DNA of 64,000 nt from an uncultured Bacteroidales bacterium. Its GTDB lineage: Bacteria > Bacteroidota > Bacteroidia > Bacteroidales > FEN-979. Both the position numbers and the translations under genes were made by a program. Under the pieces are notes generated by a model. The model was not told where the DNA came from and searched no databases. It saw nothing but the letters and a program-made list of their open reading frames with translations. The stretch covers positions 17 through 64,016 of the forward strand of contig CAIQUS010000160.1 in the NCBI GenBank assembly GCA_903875045.1, read 5' to 3'. Below are positions 43,106 through 52,227 of the stretch, piece by piece; the stretch's first letter is position 1, and the number at the start of each line of letters is the position of its first letter.

Positions 43106-44188
43106 TTAACCTCCGATAATATTTTGTTCAAGGGCCCTCACAACTTCATCCGGTGATGGGATGATGCCGCCAAACCGGCCGAAATGTTCAATTTTAACTT
43201 TGCAGCCTACCGAAAGTTTAACATCTTCGATCATCTGGCCTGCATTCATTTCAACTACTAAAATTCCCTTTACGCGGTTTCCGACATTTGAAACCTGCAT
43301 GGCAGGGAAGGGGAAGAGGGTAATCGGGCGGAAAAGCCCGACTTTGATTCCTTTGGCACGTGCAAGGTCGGTGGCTTTCTGGCAAATCCGTGCAGAAAGT
43401 CCGAAAGCGACAAAAAGGTAATCAGCATCTTCACACTGGATTTCCTCATAAAGCACTTCGTTTTGCTCCATCACCTTATATTTAGCCTGGAGTTTCAGGT
43501 TCACACGTTCTTGTCCGGCCGGATCAAGGTCGAGGGAGGTAATAATGTTATGTGTACGGGTTTTTGGCCGGCCGTTGGAGGCCCATGGACATTGTTTAAC
43601 GACCTCGTCATCTGAACGACGGGGAATATGGTCGAACAATACCACCTTTTCCATCATCTGACCAATGGCACCATCAGAGAGGATCATGACAGGAGTGCGG
43701 TATTCAAAGGCTTTATCAAAACCAAGTTTGACATGGTCGCACATCTCCTGAACGGAAGCGGGTGCGAGCACCAGCATCTTATAATCGCCATGACCACCGC
43801 CTTTTACTGCCTGAAAGTAGTCGGCCTGAGATGGTTGAATAGTCCCCAATCCAGGGCCGCCACGTACAATGTTGACGATTAAAGCCGGCAGTTCGGCGCC
43901 AGCCATGTAACTTATGCCTTCCTGCATGAGGCTGATCCCGGGGCTGGAAGATGAGGTCATTACCATTTTTCCGGTGCCGGCACCTCCATAAATCATATTT
44001 ACGGCAGCAACTTCACTTTCAGCCTGAAGAACTACCATGCCAGTCCGCTCGAATGGCTTTTCGGCCATCAGGTATTCCATTACTTCAGACTGTGGTGTGA
44101 TCGGGTATCCGAAATATCCATCGCAGCCCGCACGGATGGCGGCTTCCGCCACAGCTTCGTTGCCCTTCATTAATCTAAGTTCACCCAT
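43106..44188 (-). CDS. 2-oxoacid:ferredoxin oxidoreductase alpha subunit
   Basis: Start placed at MGELRLMKGNEAVAEAAIRAGC (M37 of the ORF). GYPITPQSE and QAESEVAAVNM motifs are present. Confidence 0.85.
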   Translation of the reverse strand: MGELRLMKGNEAVAEAAIRAGCDGYFGYPITPQSEVMEYLMAEKPFERTGMVVLQAESEVAAVNMIYGGAGTGKMVMTSSSSPGISLMQEGISYMAGAELPALIVNIVRGGPGLGTIQPSQADYFQAVKGGGHGDYKMLVLAPASVQEMCDHVKLGFDKAFEYRTPVMILSDGAIGQMMEKVVLFDHIPRRSDDEVVKQCPWASNGRPKTRTHNIITSLDLDPAGQERVNLKLQAKYKVMEQNEVLYEEIQCEDADYLFVAFGLSARICQKATDLARAKGIKVGLFRPITLFPFPAMQVSNVGNRVKGILVVEMNAGQMIEDVKLSVGCKVKIEHFGRFGGIIPSPDEVVRALEQNIIGG

Positions 44189-44210
44189 TTGAGTATCTTT
44201 TTTTTGATTT

Positions 44211-44441
44211 TTATTCAGTTGCAACTTTAGCCCGGTATACGGTGATAACCCCATCGGGGCATACAAGAGCGCAGTTGGTACAGCCCGTACAATCATCGTT
44301 CACTTTCATGGCGAAACGATATCCTTTGCTGTTCACTTCCTTCGACATCGCGATCACCGTGAACGGGCAGGCAGCAAGACATACTTCACAGCCTTTGCAG
44401 CGTTCGGTGTTGATCAGGATATCACCTTTAATTTTTGCCAT
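44211..44441 (-). CDS. 2-oxoacid:ferredoxin oxidoreductase delta subunit (2x[4Fe-4S] ferredoxin)
   Basis: 76 aa with CKGCEVCLAACP and CTGCTNCALVCP. Confidence 0.85.
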   Translation of the reverse strand: MAKIKGDILINTERCKGCEVCLAACPFTVIAMSKEVNSKGYRFAMKVNDDCTGCTNCALVCPDGVITVYRAKVATE

Positions 44442-44561
44442 ATAAAAGGGGTTGAATTGTTAATGTATTCACAGGGCGAAAGTACGAAAATTAGTTTGAA
44501 CCGGCGGACAGCTTACCAGGTGAAATTGGCTATATTATCCTAATTTAGAATTGGTATAAGT

Positions 44562-45878
44562 TTAGTGGTTTTCTTTGAACCTCCTCAACCGTTCTTCCAA
44601 TACAGGAAACTGTTCTCTTTTTACAAGAGAAACACAAGCCCGGATTCCTTCCGTGCGTTCGCTGCCAGTGATGCTGAGTGCAATGGCACTGATCCCATAA
44701 TACATCAGTTCCTGGAGCAGATCTTCTCCTGAAAAACCAGGATAGGCAAAAGTGAAATAGAAACCATCGGCAATAGGTTCGTCCTCGTCTTTGTCATAGA
44801 CGAAAATGAAGCCATTGTCGCTGAATATTTTTTTCATGATTTTTGCCTTGGCACCATATTCCTTGACCACCTCAACAAAGTCAAAAGTGCCATCATTTGC
44901 GGCTTTCAGCATGGCAGCAAGGGCATATTGCGTTGAATGGGCAGTGCCGGCACTCAATGCGTAAACTGTTCCGTATATCAGTGCCCTGCCAACAAGATCG
45001 GTGGAGTAATACCTGAGCAGGTCGGGTGCCTGGAGGTTAAAAAGTTTATTGGATAAAATCATAAGCCCGATGCGCTGACCTGCATAGCTGAAGGCCTTCG
45101 AACTTGAAATAAGCAATAAGAAATTATCGGTGTATTTTGCAACAGTAGGCTGGTAGGGAGGCTGACCAGGCTTCGAATAATCCTTCCGGAAATCCATGGC
45201 AATATATGCCAGGTCCTCGATAATGATCACATCATATTTGTTGGCAAGTTCGCCTATGATCCTGAGTTCTTTGTCAGTAAAACATATCCACGAGGGATTG
45301 TTCGGGTTGGAATACAGAACTGAATGAATATTCCCTTTGGAAAAATAGCTTTCGAGTTTATCTCGGAGTTTGTCACCACGGTAATTGTACACATCGAAGG
45401 TGTCAAATTTCTGCCCAAGTACTCTGTGCTGCTGGTGATGTACCGGAAATCCCGGGTCGATAAATAAGGTGGTATCTTTTTCACGATGGATTTTAGAAAA
45501 AGTAAGAAATGCTGCAAATCCTCCCTGCATGCTGCCTACCGTGGGAATACAATTTGCAGCGTCAACTTCAATGTCGAGGAAAAGTTTGACAAATCGTGCG
45601 GCCTCCTTTTTCAGAACAGGGGTTCCTTCGATTTCCGGATAAACAGCCGCTACACCCCTTTGCAGCGCTTCGATTTCGGCTTGTACTCCGATGGAAGTTG
45701 CCGGAAGCCCCGGAATCCCCATTTCCATGCGGATGAATTTTTCTCCTGTTTCCGTCTCAATTCCATTGATCAAACGTTTTATTTCACGGATAGTTGCTTT
45801 GCCAATGTTCCTGATTTTGCTTTCCAGGATATGTCGTTGTACAACTTCGTAGCTGATTGGGGTGTCTTTCATGAGCAA
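44562..45878 (-). CDS. Class I/II pyridoxal-phosphate-dependent aminotransferase
   Basis: 438 aa with NPNNPS and the PLP-lysine motif SSSKAFSYAGQRIG. Confidence 0.85.
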   Translation of the reverse strand: MLMKDTPISYEVVQRHILESKIRNIGKATIREIKRLINGIETETGEKFIRMEMGIPGLPATSIGVQAEIEALQRGVAAVYPEIEGTPVLKKEAARFVKLFLDIEVDAANCIPTVGSMQGGFAAFLTFSKIHREKDTTLFIDPGFPVHHQQHRVLGQKFDTFDVYNYRGDKLRDKLESYFSKGNIHSVLYSNPNNPSWICFTDKELRIIGELANKYDVIIIEDLAYIAMDFRKDYSKPGQPPYQPTVAKYTDNFLLLISSSKAFSYAGQRIGLMILSNKLFNLQAPDLLRYYSTDLVGRALIYGTVYALSAGTAHSTQYALAAMLKAANDGTFDFVEVVKEYGAKAKIMKKIFSDNGFIFVYDKDEDEPIADGFYFTFAYPGFSGEDLLQELMYYGISAIALSITGSERTEGIRACVSLVKREQFPVLEERLRRFKENH

Positions 45879-46009
45879 ACGGTGTATAGCGGGTTAGTGT
45901 GCAGAATTACAGGCAACAAAATTGAATAAAATTTTTCAACAATCCAACGGTTTAGAGAAGGTTATAAAAAAAAACTATCGGACTGTTTTTGCAAATAATT
46001 ATTTGCTAA

Positions 46010-48286
46010 TTACCGCACTAAAAACAGATTGCCTGTTAACGTCGAATTCTCAGGAGGTGCAAGTGATGATTGGTAAACAATTATGTAAACATAGGTGCCT
46101 TCAGGGCAGGGCCTGCCCTTATAAGTTCCATCCCACCCTGTTCCGGCGCGATGGGAGGTGAACAGCAACTCACCGTTGCGGCTGTATATATTCATACTGA
46201 ATTCCCTGATATTATTCGATACCGGCCGGAAAATATCATTCAATCCATTGCCATCAGGTGTGAAAGCACTGGGTACCCAGATCACGATTTCGCATGCCCT
46301 GCCGGTTTTAACAAACACCAGTGAACTGTCGGAATTTTTACAGCCATGAATATCTGTATAGCGATATACGATTAAATGACTCCCCGGTCCCCTGGCAACA
46401 GGATCGAAATTTTCCTGAACAGAGCCATTGATGCTGTATTCACCTCCTTGCGGAGTTCCTCCGTTTAACTGGAATGCAGGCTCGTTGAAACAAACAGAAT
46501 CAAACCCTGCAAAGCTCACCTGCGGAGCAGGAAAGAAGTTGACAGGTAATACAGATGCCGACCCTTCGCCACAATACTGATTATAGCCTGAAACAGACAG
46601 GGTTCCGGAAGTTGCCGCGGAGGCATAACTGACATTGGCAACCGTGTCGTGGCTATTGATGGTAGCTCCGGTTCCGGAATAGGTCCAGTTGAAAGTGGTT
46701 GAATTGGGTTCACTCCTGGTTGTGTAAGTCCTTGAAATACCTCCCGCGCAAAAAGAGGGGTCGCCAATGATCATTGCGGGCTTGGCAGGCGAACGTTTGA
46801 TAATAAAATCAACTGGAGAGGCTGTTGAACTGGCAACATACCACCATGAATTTATGGTATTGGTGTCGCCATCAGAAATGTCCCAAAGGTGGCAACCCTG
46901 GATATCTTTGCATCCGTTGAAGTTGGAGGTACCGTAAGGCAAAAGGCTGTCATCCCAATAAATATCCGGCTTTGGCCCGGGAGGGCGTATTACTTCCACT
47001 TTGTAACCGTAATCATTGTATTCAATGTCGTAAATGGGCAAATGGGTTATGCCATGGATAAACCTGATGATTGCACTTGCAGGGGCACCGTTTGGAAGGG
47101 GTTGTCCTAGTCCGTCGATCCCATTCCAGTGAATGATGTTATAGCCATTACCACCGGGATTAGCGAGTACATTGGCCGTGATTTTCACATCCCGCGGGTC
47201 GGCCCCGGGGGTGGGGTCAACTTCGATCAGTACTTCTATAATTCCGTCTTGTGTTACCTGAATACCCAGGTCGACTGAGCCTGATGCGCAATTGTTTGTT
47301 GCCGTTATAGGCAGGTTTATGCCGGGTTTTGCTTTTCCGGTCGGGAAAATGACACTGTCAGGGTCAGATAAAAATATTTTGTATTGAGGATAGGTGTGAA
47401 AACCTGTACTTGATTGCCTGTCGAGGGCAATGTTTCCCGTATTGAAGCAACCTGTTTTATTGCTTGAGATGGAAAATGTTCCTCCGACAAACCCGTTACA
47501 ATTGATGCTGGTTACAATACTGTCGTCTGAAAGGATGAACATTGTTCCATAAAACCGGTTGGAGGTTGGCGGAGCCTGAACCATTCCACAATTAAACTGC
47601 CAGGCTTTCGACCAAACCCGCCCGGGGATCGGCTCGTTCGCACTATTTACGACGGTTATGTCAAAATAATCAAAGGTGACATAGCTTGCATAAGTATAAA
47701 AGCTACCCTGGTCGGGGGGATAAAAAAATTCAAGGGAGTAATTGCCGGGCATGGAAGGGGTGTGCAGTTTTGGACTATATCCCCCGGAAGAAGGAAAAGG
47801 CCCGGCAACGGCCTGAGTATATGACTGAATGAATCCTGCCCCGGATGTGGGTACAGGACTCGGATTGATGACGATGTTACCGGCCGGATCTCTTAACTGG
47901 TAGGTTACAACAGCAAGAGAATCAATCATGGTAATTTTGCCCAATCCGAAATAGAACTTTTCTGTGAGATCGGCAATATAAATATTGATCCTGAATTCGG
48001 GCGCTGCATTGAAAAAGCCGAAATCATTCCGTGATTTATCAATACACAGGGTGCCTTTTCTTCCGGCAAATGGAACAATCTGCCTGGTGCCTTCCGAATA
48101 GCAAACAAAGGGCAGTACAATCAGGAATAGGATGTGAAACAAAAAATTAAAACGGGGTTTCACTCCCGGTATAGCATGTGATTCCCATGGATTCGAACTG
48201 GTGAGCGATTTTATTAAGTTCATCTTTTTCAGGAATTTTAAAATCGGTCGTGTAATATTTTTTGCCAAGAAGACTGTATTTCTCAC
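46010..48286 (-). CDS. Large secreted protein with T9SS type-B (CHU_C / gliding-motility) C-terminal sorting domain
   Basis: The C-terminal PSAFTPDGNGLNDIF...NIYSRNGELLF...GWDGTY.G...EGTYVYII matches the type-B domain. The start is uncertain: the ORF overlaps the activase gene, and MNLIKS (48223) or GTG (48163) before the signal-like FLFHILFLIVLPFVCYS are alternatives. Confidence 0.75.
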   Translation of the reverse strand: MRNTVFLAKNITRPILKFLKKMNLIKSLTSSNPWESHAIPGVKPRFNFLFHILFLIVLPFVCYSEGTRQIVPFAGRKGTLCIDKSRNDFGFFNAAPEFRINIYIADLTEKFYFGLGKITMIDSLAVVTYQLRDPAGNIVINPSPVPTSGAGFIQSYTQAVAGPFPSSGGYSPKLHTPSMPGNYSLEFFYPPDQGSFYTYASYVTFDYFDITVVNSANEPIPGRVWSKAWQFNCGMVQAPPTSNRFYGTMFILSDDSIVTSINCNGFVGGTFSISSNKTGCFNTGNIALDRQSSTGFHTYPQYKIFLSDPDSVIFPTGKAKPGINLPITATNNCASGSVDLGIQVTQDGIIEVLIEVDPTPGADPRDVKITANVLANPGGNGYNIIHWNGIDGLGQPLPNGAPASAIIRFIHGITHLPIYDIEYNDYGYKVEVIRPPGPKPDIYWDDSLLPYGTSNFNGCKDIQGCHLWDISDGDTNTINSWWYVASSTASPVDFIIKRSPAKPAMIIGDPSFCAGGISRTYTTRSEPNSTTFNWTYSGTGATINSHDTVANVSYASAATSGTLSVSGYNQYCGEGSASVLPVNFFPAPQVSFAGFDSVCFNEPAFQLNGGTPQGGEYSINGSVQENFDPVARGPGSHLIVYRYTDIHGCKNSDSSLVFVKTGRACEIVIWVPSAFTPDGNGLNDIFRPVSNNIREFSMNIYSRNGELLFTSHRAGTGWDGTYKGRPCPEGTYVYIIVYQSSLAPPENSTLTGNLFLVR

Positions 48287-49142
48287 GGCCCAGATGATGC
48301 AGAGGGAGGATGTTTATCTCATGGCGTCCGGTCGACAGAATAAACCGGGCGGTTGAACGGATATTTTCAGCATCATCATTAAACCCGGGAACAACCGGCA
48401 ATCTGAAGATTATGCGGCCCGGAAATTCATTGGCGAGGCGACGGGCGTTTTCGAGGATACGCGCGACAGGTGAATGGGCAACAGTGTGGTCAGGCGGAAT
48501 AGTGGATAAACAGATTGGTGAACCTGCGATTTTGTGACTACCTGACGCATTCATTATTTTTAAATCATAGAATATCCAGTCGATGTATGGCAATGATTTT
48601 TCATAATTTTCCCATGGAACATTGCCACATGTTTCAACTGCAGTATGGATATATGCACCATAGCAGCGTTTTAAAAGATGATGAGCAAATTCAGGTTGAG
48701 TAAAGGGTTCGCCACCGGTGAGTGTTATGCCACCGCCTTCACCCCAGTATTGGCGGTCGCGATTGACTGTGGTATACAAGTCTTCAACCGAAAGTTCATA
48801 ACCTCCGCGGTTTAGCGCCCCCGAACAACAGGATTTTACACAATCGAGGGTTCTGCAAGTCGCACAAATTTTCCGATCGAAAGTCAATAGGGGGTGATCA
48901 TCCATCTTTGAAATTGAAATGGCTGAAAATGGACAAGCGTCCACACAAAGTCCATCGAAGGTGCATTTGGATTCCCGGTATAAAGGTTCGGGGAAAAAGG
49001 AAATTCCTTCCGGATTGGAACACCAGGCACATTCAAGGGAACAGCCTTTGAAAAATATCAAAGTCCTGCAACCAGGGCCATCATGCACGGAGAATCCCTG
49101 GATGTCGAAAATATATCCCTTGATTATTTTTGGTTGTACCAT
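48147..49142 (-). CDS. hpdA: Glycyl-radical enzyme activase (radical SAM, with extra ferredoxin-like Fe-S domain)
   Basis: GFSVHDGPGCRTLIFFKGCSLECAWCSNPE (CxxxCxxC), an inserted CTFDGLCVDACP and CATCRTLDCVKSCC clusters, and GGEPF. Confidence 0.85.
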   Translation of the reverse strand: MVQPKIIKGYIFDIQGFSVHDGPGCRTLIFFKGCSLECAWCSNPEGISFFPEPLYRESKCTFDGLCVDACPFSAISISKMDDHPLLTFDRKICATCRTLDCVKSCCSGALNRGGYELSVEDLYTTVNRDRQYWGEGGGITLTGGEPFTQPEFAHHLLKRCYGAYIHTAVETCGNVPWENYEKSLPYIDWIFYDLKIMNASGSHKIAGSPICLSTIPPDHTVAHSPVARILENARRLANEFPGRIIFRLPVVPGFNDDAENIRSTARFILSTGRHEINILPLHHLGREKYSLLGKKYYTTDFKIPEKDELNKIAHQFESMGITCYTGSETPF

Positions 49143-49390
49143 TGAAAATCAGCACATTTAGCAGCGATCAGGTCGGGATAGGCCAGTGTGTTCCCCATAC
49201 ATTTGCCAAGAAAATCCTTTTCAGGGGTGTAGTTTGAGCAAAATTTGCATTTCGCGATTTTTTCAACCTTTGCGCATAACGGATCATCGGGACCGATTCG
49301 TTCTTTACTCAGTTTACACATCCCGCTGAAAACATCCACCGGCAGATAATATTTACAATCTTTACATGATAGTCCATCCATAATTGACAT
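49124..49390 (-). CDS. hpdC: Eight-cysteine small (gamma) subunit of an HPAD-type glycyl-radical decarboxylase
   Basis: 88 aa from the first ATG (the ORF-track start at 49399 is TTG). It has two copies of CxxC-x12-C-x13/14-C, sits between the GRE and the activase, and overlaps the activase start by 19 nt. Confidence 0.7.
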   Translation of the reverse strand: MSIMDGLSCKDCKYYLPVDVFSGMCKLSKERIGPDDPLCAKVEKIAKCKFCSNYTPEKDFLGKCMGNTLAYPDLIAAKCADFQWYNQK

Positions 49391-49455
49391 ATATTTCAAC
49401 TTTTTTCAATACCGCATCAATTTTGCGGAAGTCCGGTTTTCAGTATTCAATTCTT

Positions 49456-52125
49456 CTAAACCTCCTCATATTCAGTTCTGGATATTACCTCATCCTGAAT
49501 CTGTTTCCCGAGTTCCACCCAGTATTGTGTAAACCCGGCAACACGTACAAGCAAGCTCCTGAATTTATCCGGTTCCGCCTGAGCCTGTTTGAGCATGCGT
49601 GAGTCGACGATGTTGAATTGGACATGAAAACCGCCTTTACGCAGATAAGCACGGATAAGTTCCAGAAATTTCCGTGACCCTTCACGGCCTTTAACCACCG
49701 AAGGATGAATCTTCATATTGAGCTGTGAATTTTGTGACTGGGCATGATTCCAGCAGGTTGCTGAGTTGAAAAGGGCATAGGGCCCGTTTTTATCAGTTCC
49801 GGGATAGGCTGAAACAGAGCCGTCAGAGAATGTTGTGCCACTCAAACGCCCGTCGGGACTGGCCAGGGTTACAGCCCCCATGGGACCATGGGTGGAAACA
49901 GATATCTGACAGGCGTACATTGGCTGATCGTAAAGTGAGCGGTAGTTGTGCGCCATGTCACAAAACCAATCTTCCCACTCTTTCAGAATGTTATCCACAA
50001 AGGGATTGTCATTGCCAAATTTCGGAGCATCAAGGCTTTGCCTGTGGATTTTTTTCCAATTAGGATAATCATCAGTTGGAACCTGATCGATCAGTGAATA
50101 GGAACCGGTTTCCTGTGCTGTTTTATAACCGAAGTTTGCCAGGATTGCAGAACGGTACTCGTGCAGGGTATAGTTATTATCTGTAAAGACATTCTTTTTC
50201 AAGGAACCCAGAGAATTCACGAGATTGGTAGTACCACAACTTTCGATGTTAAATGTTGTGTTGTAGCGACAGCCCATCTGCCCGATGTCCTTGCCTTTTG
50301 CCAGACAATCGGGTTTCAGCATTGAATTTATAAGTGATGGTGAAATCTTTCGCCAGGCATCATGTTGAATGTTGTTTGTAAGTGTAAGCACATGACAAGC
50401 CCGGCTGAAATAATCTTTAAAACCTTGCCAGAGTTCATCATACGTTTCCAGTTTGAATCCATGAGAAGGGAAAATCCGCTGACCAGTGCGCATGTCCATG
50501 CCATCGAACAACACAACTTCAAGCAATTTCGGGAGGTTCAGAAAATGTACCCCAACACTGGTTGCCGGAGCCGAACCGCCCGGTATCCAATGAATTTCAT
50601 TGTCGAGTTCAAGCGGCATCCAACTGCCGGGTGATGTTTCAAGGCAACCACCGATGGCCCATGCCCTGGCCTCCTCCAGGTTCATACCTTCATGTGCATA
50701 GTTTCCAAGTAAAAATTCCATGGCCACCTGATTGTTAACCCAGGCTGGATAACCGGTACCTATTTTGGTGCACTCCACACCCTTGAGCAGGAACTCTTCC
50801 GGGAGTTTTTCATCATACAAAAGCGATAGGGTAGGTTGGGGGGTGTCGCATGTGATCCCGGCCTCAAGGATAAGCATTTCGAGCTCGTTGGCTGCTGACG
50901 TACCGTCCTTGAGCAAGCCGCCAAGGCAGAGGTTGTTAAATGTATTGCCCGAAAGTACGCCTCCCACAACACCCATCGAGGCAAAACAATCAATCTCGGT
51001 GAATTTGATGCGCATGCACTCAAGCAGTTCAAGACTTTTTTCGCGATCGATCACACCATTTTTCATGTCACGTTGCCAGAATGGATAGAGTACCTGTCCG
51101 ACGCGGCCTGGCGACAATCCAGATATGGCATCTTCGTTCAACACGGCAACATGAAAGAGCCAAAGCATCTGCAATGCATCATGAAATGAACGGGGTGGTT
51201 TGGAGGAGATCCAATGCAGCCTTTCGGCCATCTCAAGGTATTCGGTTTTTTGCTGAGGTTCTTTTTCAATGGAGGCGAGTAAAAGTGCTTCATCTGCGTA
51301 ATTAATGATCCACGCTTTGATACCTTCCAGCATCAGAATGACGGCCTTGTAAAAATAGAGCCTGTCCATATCAGGATAACCGGCCACATCTGCAATGCCA
51401 TCTTCGCAATTTTGAATAATCCCGTCGATGCCGAATTGCAGCGGGTAATAATAGTTCATGACCTCACGTCCCTGGGGAAGGGTATACCCGGAGTCGAACA
51501 TGCAGATAACCGAGCGCATCAGTGCCTCTTTTTCCTTGTACCCGGGTACGAGTTGTTCATATTTATGGCCAACATCATCAACCGATTTGTCTTTCCATTT
51601 TTTTGCTACTTCAAGCATGGCAGGCATTTCCTCAACCCGAAGTCCGAATTTTCCAGCAATGGAAAGTACCTTCCCTACACTTTTTGTAACATTTCCTCCA
51701 CCTTTGCCCATGGTGGTAAAGGTATCGGCAGTAAGTTTTCCTGATTCCTGGGCTTCCTGGTACAGTTTGTTTTCGGCAGCCATGAAAAACGCTTCAGACA
51801 GCCATGGCATCGGAAAGGATCCGCGGAGGTAACTGGATTTACCCATACACAAAAGTTCCCCGGGATAAATTACCGGGGTCAGGTGTTGAAAACCAGCTTT
51901 TAACGCCTCGGCACGGCGAATAATCGGGATTTCGCCCTCCATCTCCTCCCATCGGCGGGTGTACCAATAGGGGAATTCCATTGAAACCGAAGATTTGGTT
52001 TCAAAATATAGTTCACGGGCTGAATTTGCCCTGGGAGTTGGCTGCCGTTTCCCTTCACGGGAGGCGACCTGTGCCCCCGGCTCGCCGCCGTAATAATTTA
52101 TTTGATTTTGCGCATCGGTAAGCAT
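49456..52125 (-). CDS. hpdB: Glycyl-radical enzyme large subunit, 4-hydroxyphenylacetate decarboxylase type
   Basis: C-terminal glycyl-radical motif LVRVAGFTQY and thiyl loop AIGGCLETSPG. The first ATG is at 52125 (the ORF-track start at 52146 is TTG). Key residues are colinear with HPAD (see findings). Confidence 0.85.
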   Translation of the reverse strand: MLTDAQNQINYYGGEPGAQVASREGKRQPTPRANSARELYFETKSSVSMEFPYWYTRRWEEMEGEIPIIRRAEALKAGFQHLTPVIYPGELLCMGKSSYLRGSFPMPWLSEAFFMAAENKLYQEAQESGKLTADTFTTMGKGGGNVTKSVGKVLSIAGKFGLRVEEMPAMLEVAKKWKDKSVDDVGHKYEQLVPGYKEKEALMRSVICMFDSGYTLPQGREVMNYYYPLQFGIDGIIQNCEDGIADVAGYPDMDRLYFYKAVILMLEGIKAWIINYADEALLLASIEKEPQQKTEYLEMAERLHWISSKPPRSFHDALQMLWLFHVAVLNEDAISGLSPGRVGQVLYPFWQRDMKNGVIDREKSLELLECMRIKFTEIDCFASMGVVGGVLSGNTFNNLCLGGLLKDGTSAANELEMLILEAGITCDTPQPTLSLLYDEKLPEEFLLKGVECTKIGTGYPAWVNNQVAMEFLLGNYAHEGMNLEEARAWAIGGCLETSPGSWMPLELDNEIHWIPGGSAPATSVGVHFLNLPKLLEVVLFDGMDMRTGQRIFPSHGFKLETYDELWQGFKDYFSRACHVLTLTNNIQHDAWRKISPSLINSMLKPDCLAKGKDIGQMGCRYNTTFNIESCGTTNLVNSLGSLKKNVFTDNNYTLHEYRSAILANFGYKTAQETGSYSLIDQVPTDDYPNWKKIHRQSLDAPKFGNDNPFVDNILKEWEDWFCDMAHNYRSLYDQPMYACQISVSTHGPMGAVTLASPDGRLSGTTFSDGSVSAYPGTDKNGPYALFNSATCWNHAQSQNSQLNMKIHPSVVKGREGSRKFLELIRAYLRKGGFHVQFNIVDSRMLKQAQAEPDKFRSLLVRVAGFTQYWVELGKQIQDEVISRTEYEEV

Positions 52126-52159
52126 GGTATGTTCATTTTGGATCAACAGATTTTGAATC

Positions 52160-52167
52160 CAAAGTTA
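52160..52167 (-). promoter_or_regulatory. Candidate -7 box TAACTTTG for hpdBCA
   Basis: The plus-strand text caaagtta lies 34 nt upstream of the ATG at 52125. This would give the operon its own promoter downstream of the membrane-protein gene. Confidence 0.35.
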
Positions 52168-52227
52168 ACGATTCATTTCTTACCAGTTACAAAAGAGAGA
52201 CGAAATTTTATGGTCAATGTTCCTTGT

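Noticed and set aside
49456-52146. Alternative identities for the GRE (pyruvate formate-lyase, glycerol/diol dehydratase, choline lyase, benzylsuccinate synthase)
   Set aside because: The dedicated eight-Cys small subunit, the hpdBCA gene order and the GCLE loop fit the HPAD branch best, as do the Ser/His/Glu positions colinear with the recalled HPAD substrate ligands. Benzylsuccinate synthase has two small subunits and a different organisation. This still needs alignment to confirm.
52138-52162. Hairpin TTGGAT-n13-ATCCAA as a terminator between the membrane-protein gene and hpdB
   Set aside because: It has only a 6-bp AT-rich stem with a 13-nt loop, and it overlaps the possible TTG start. 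This is not convincing.
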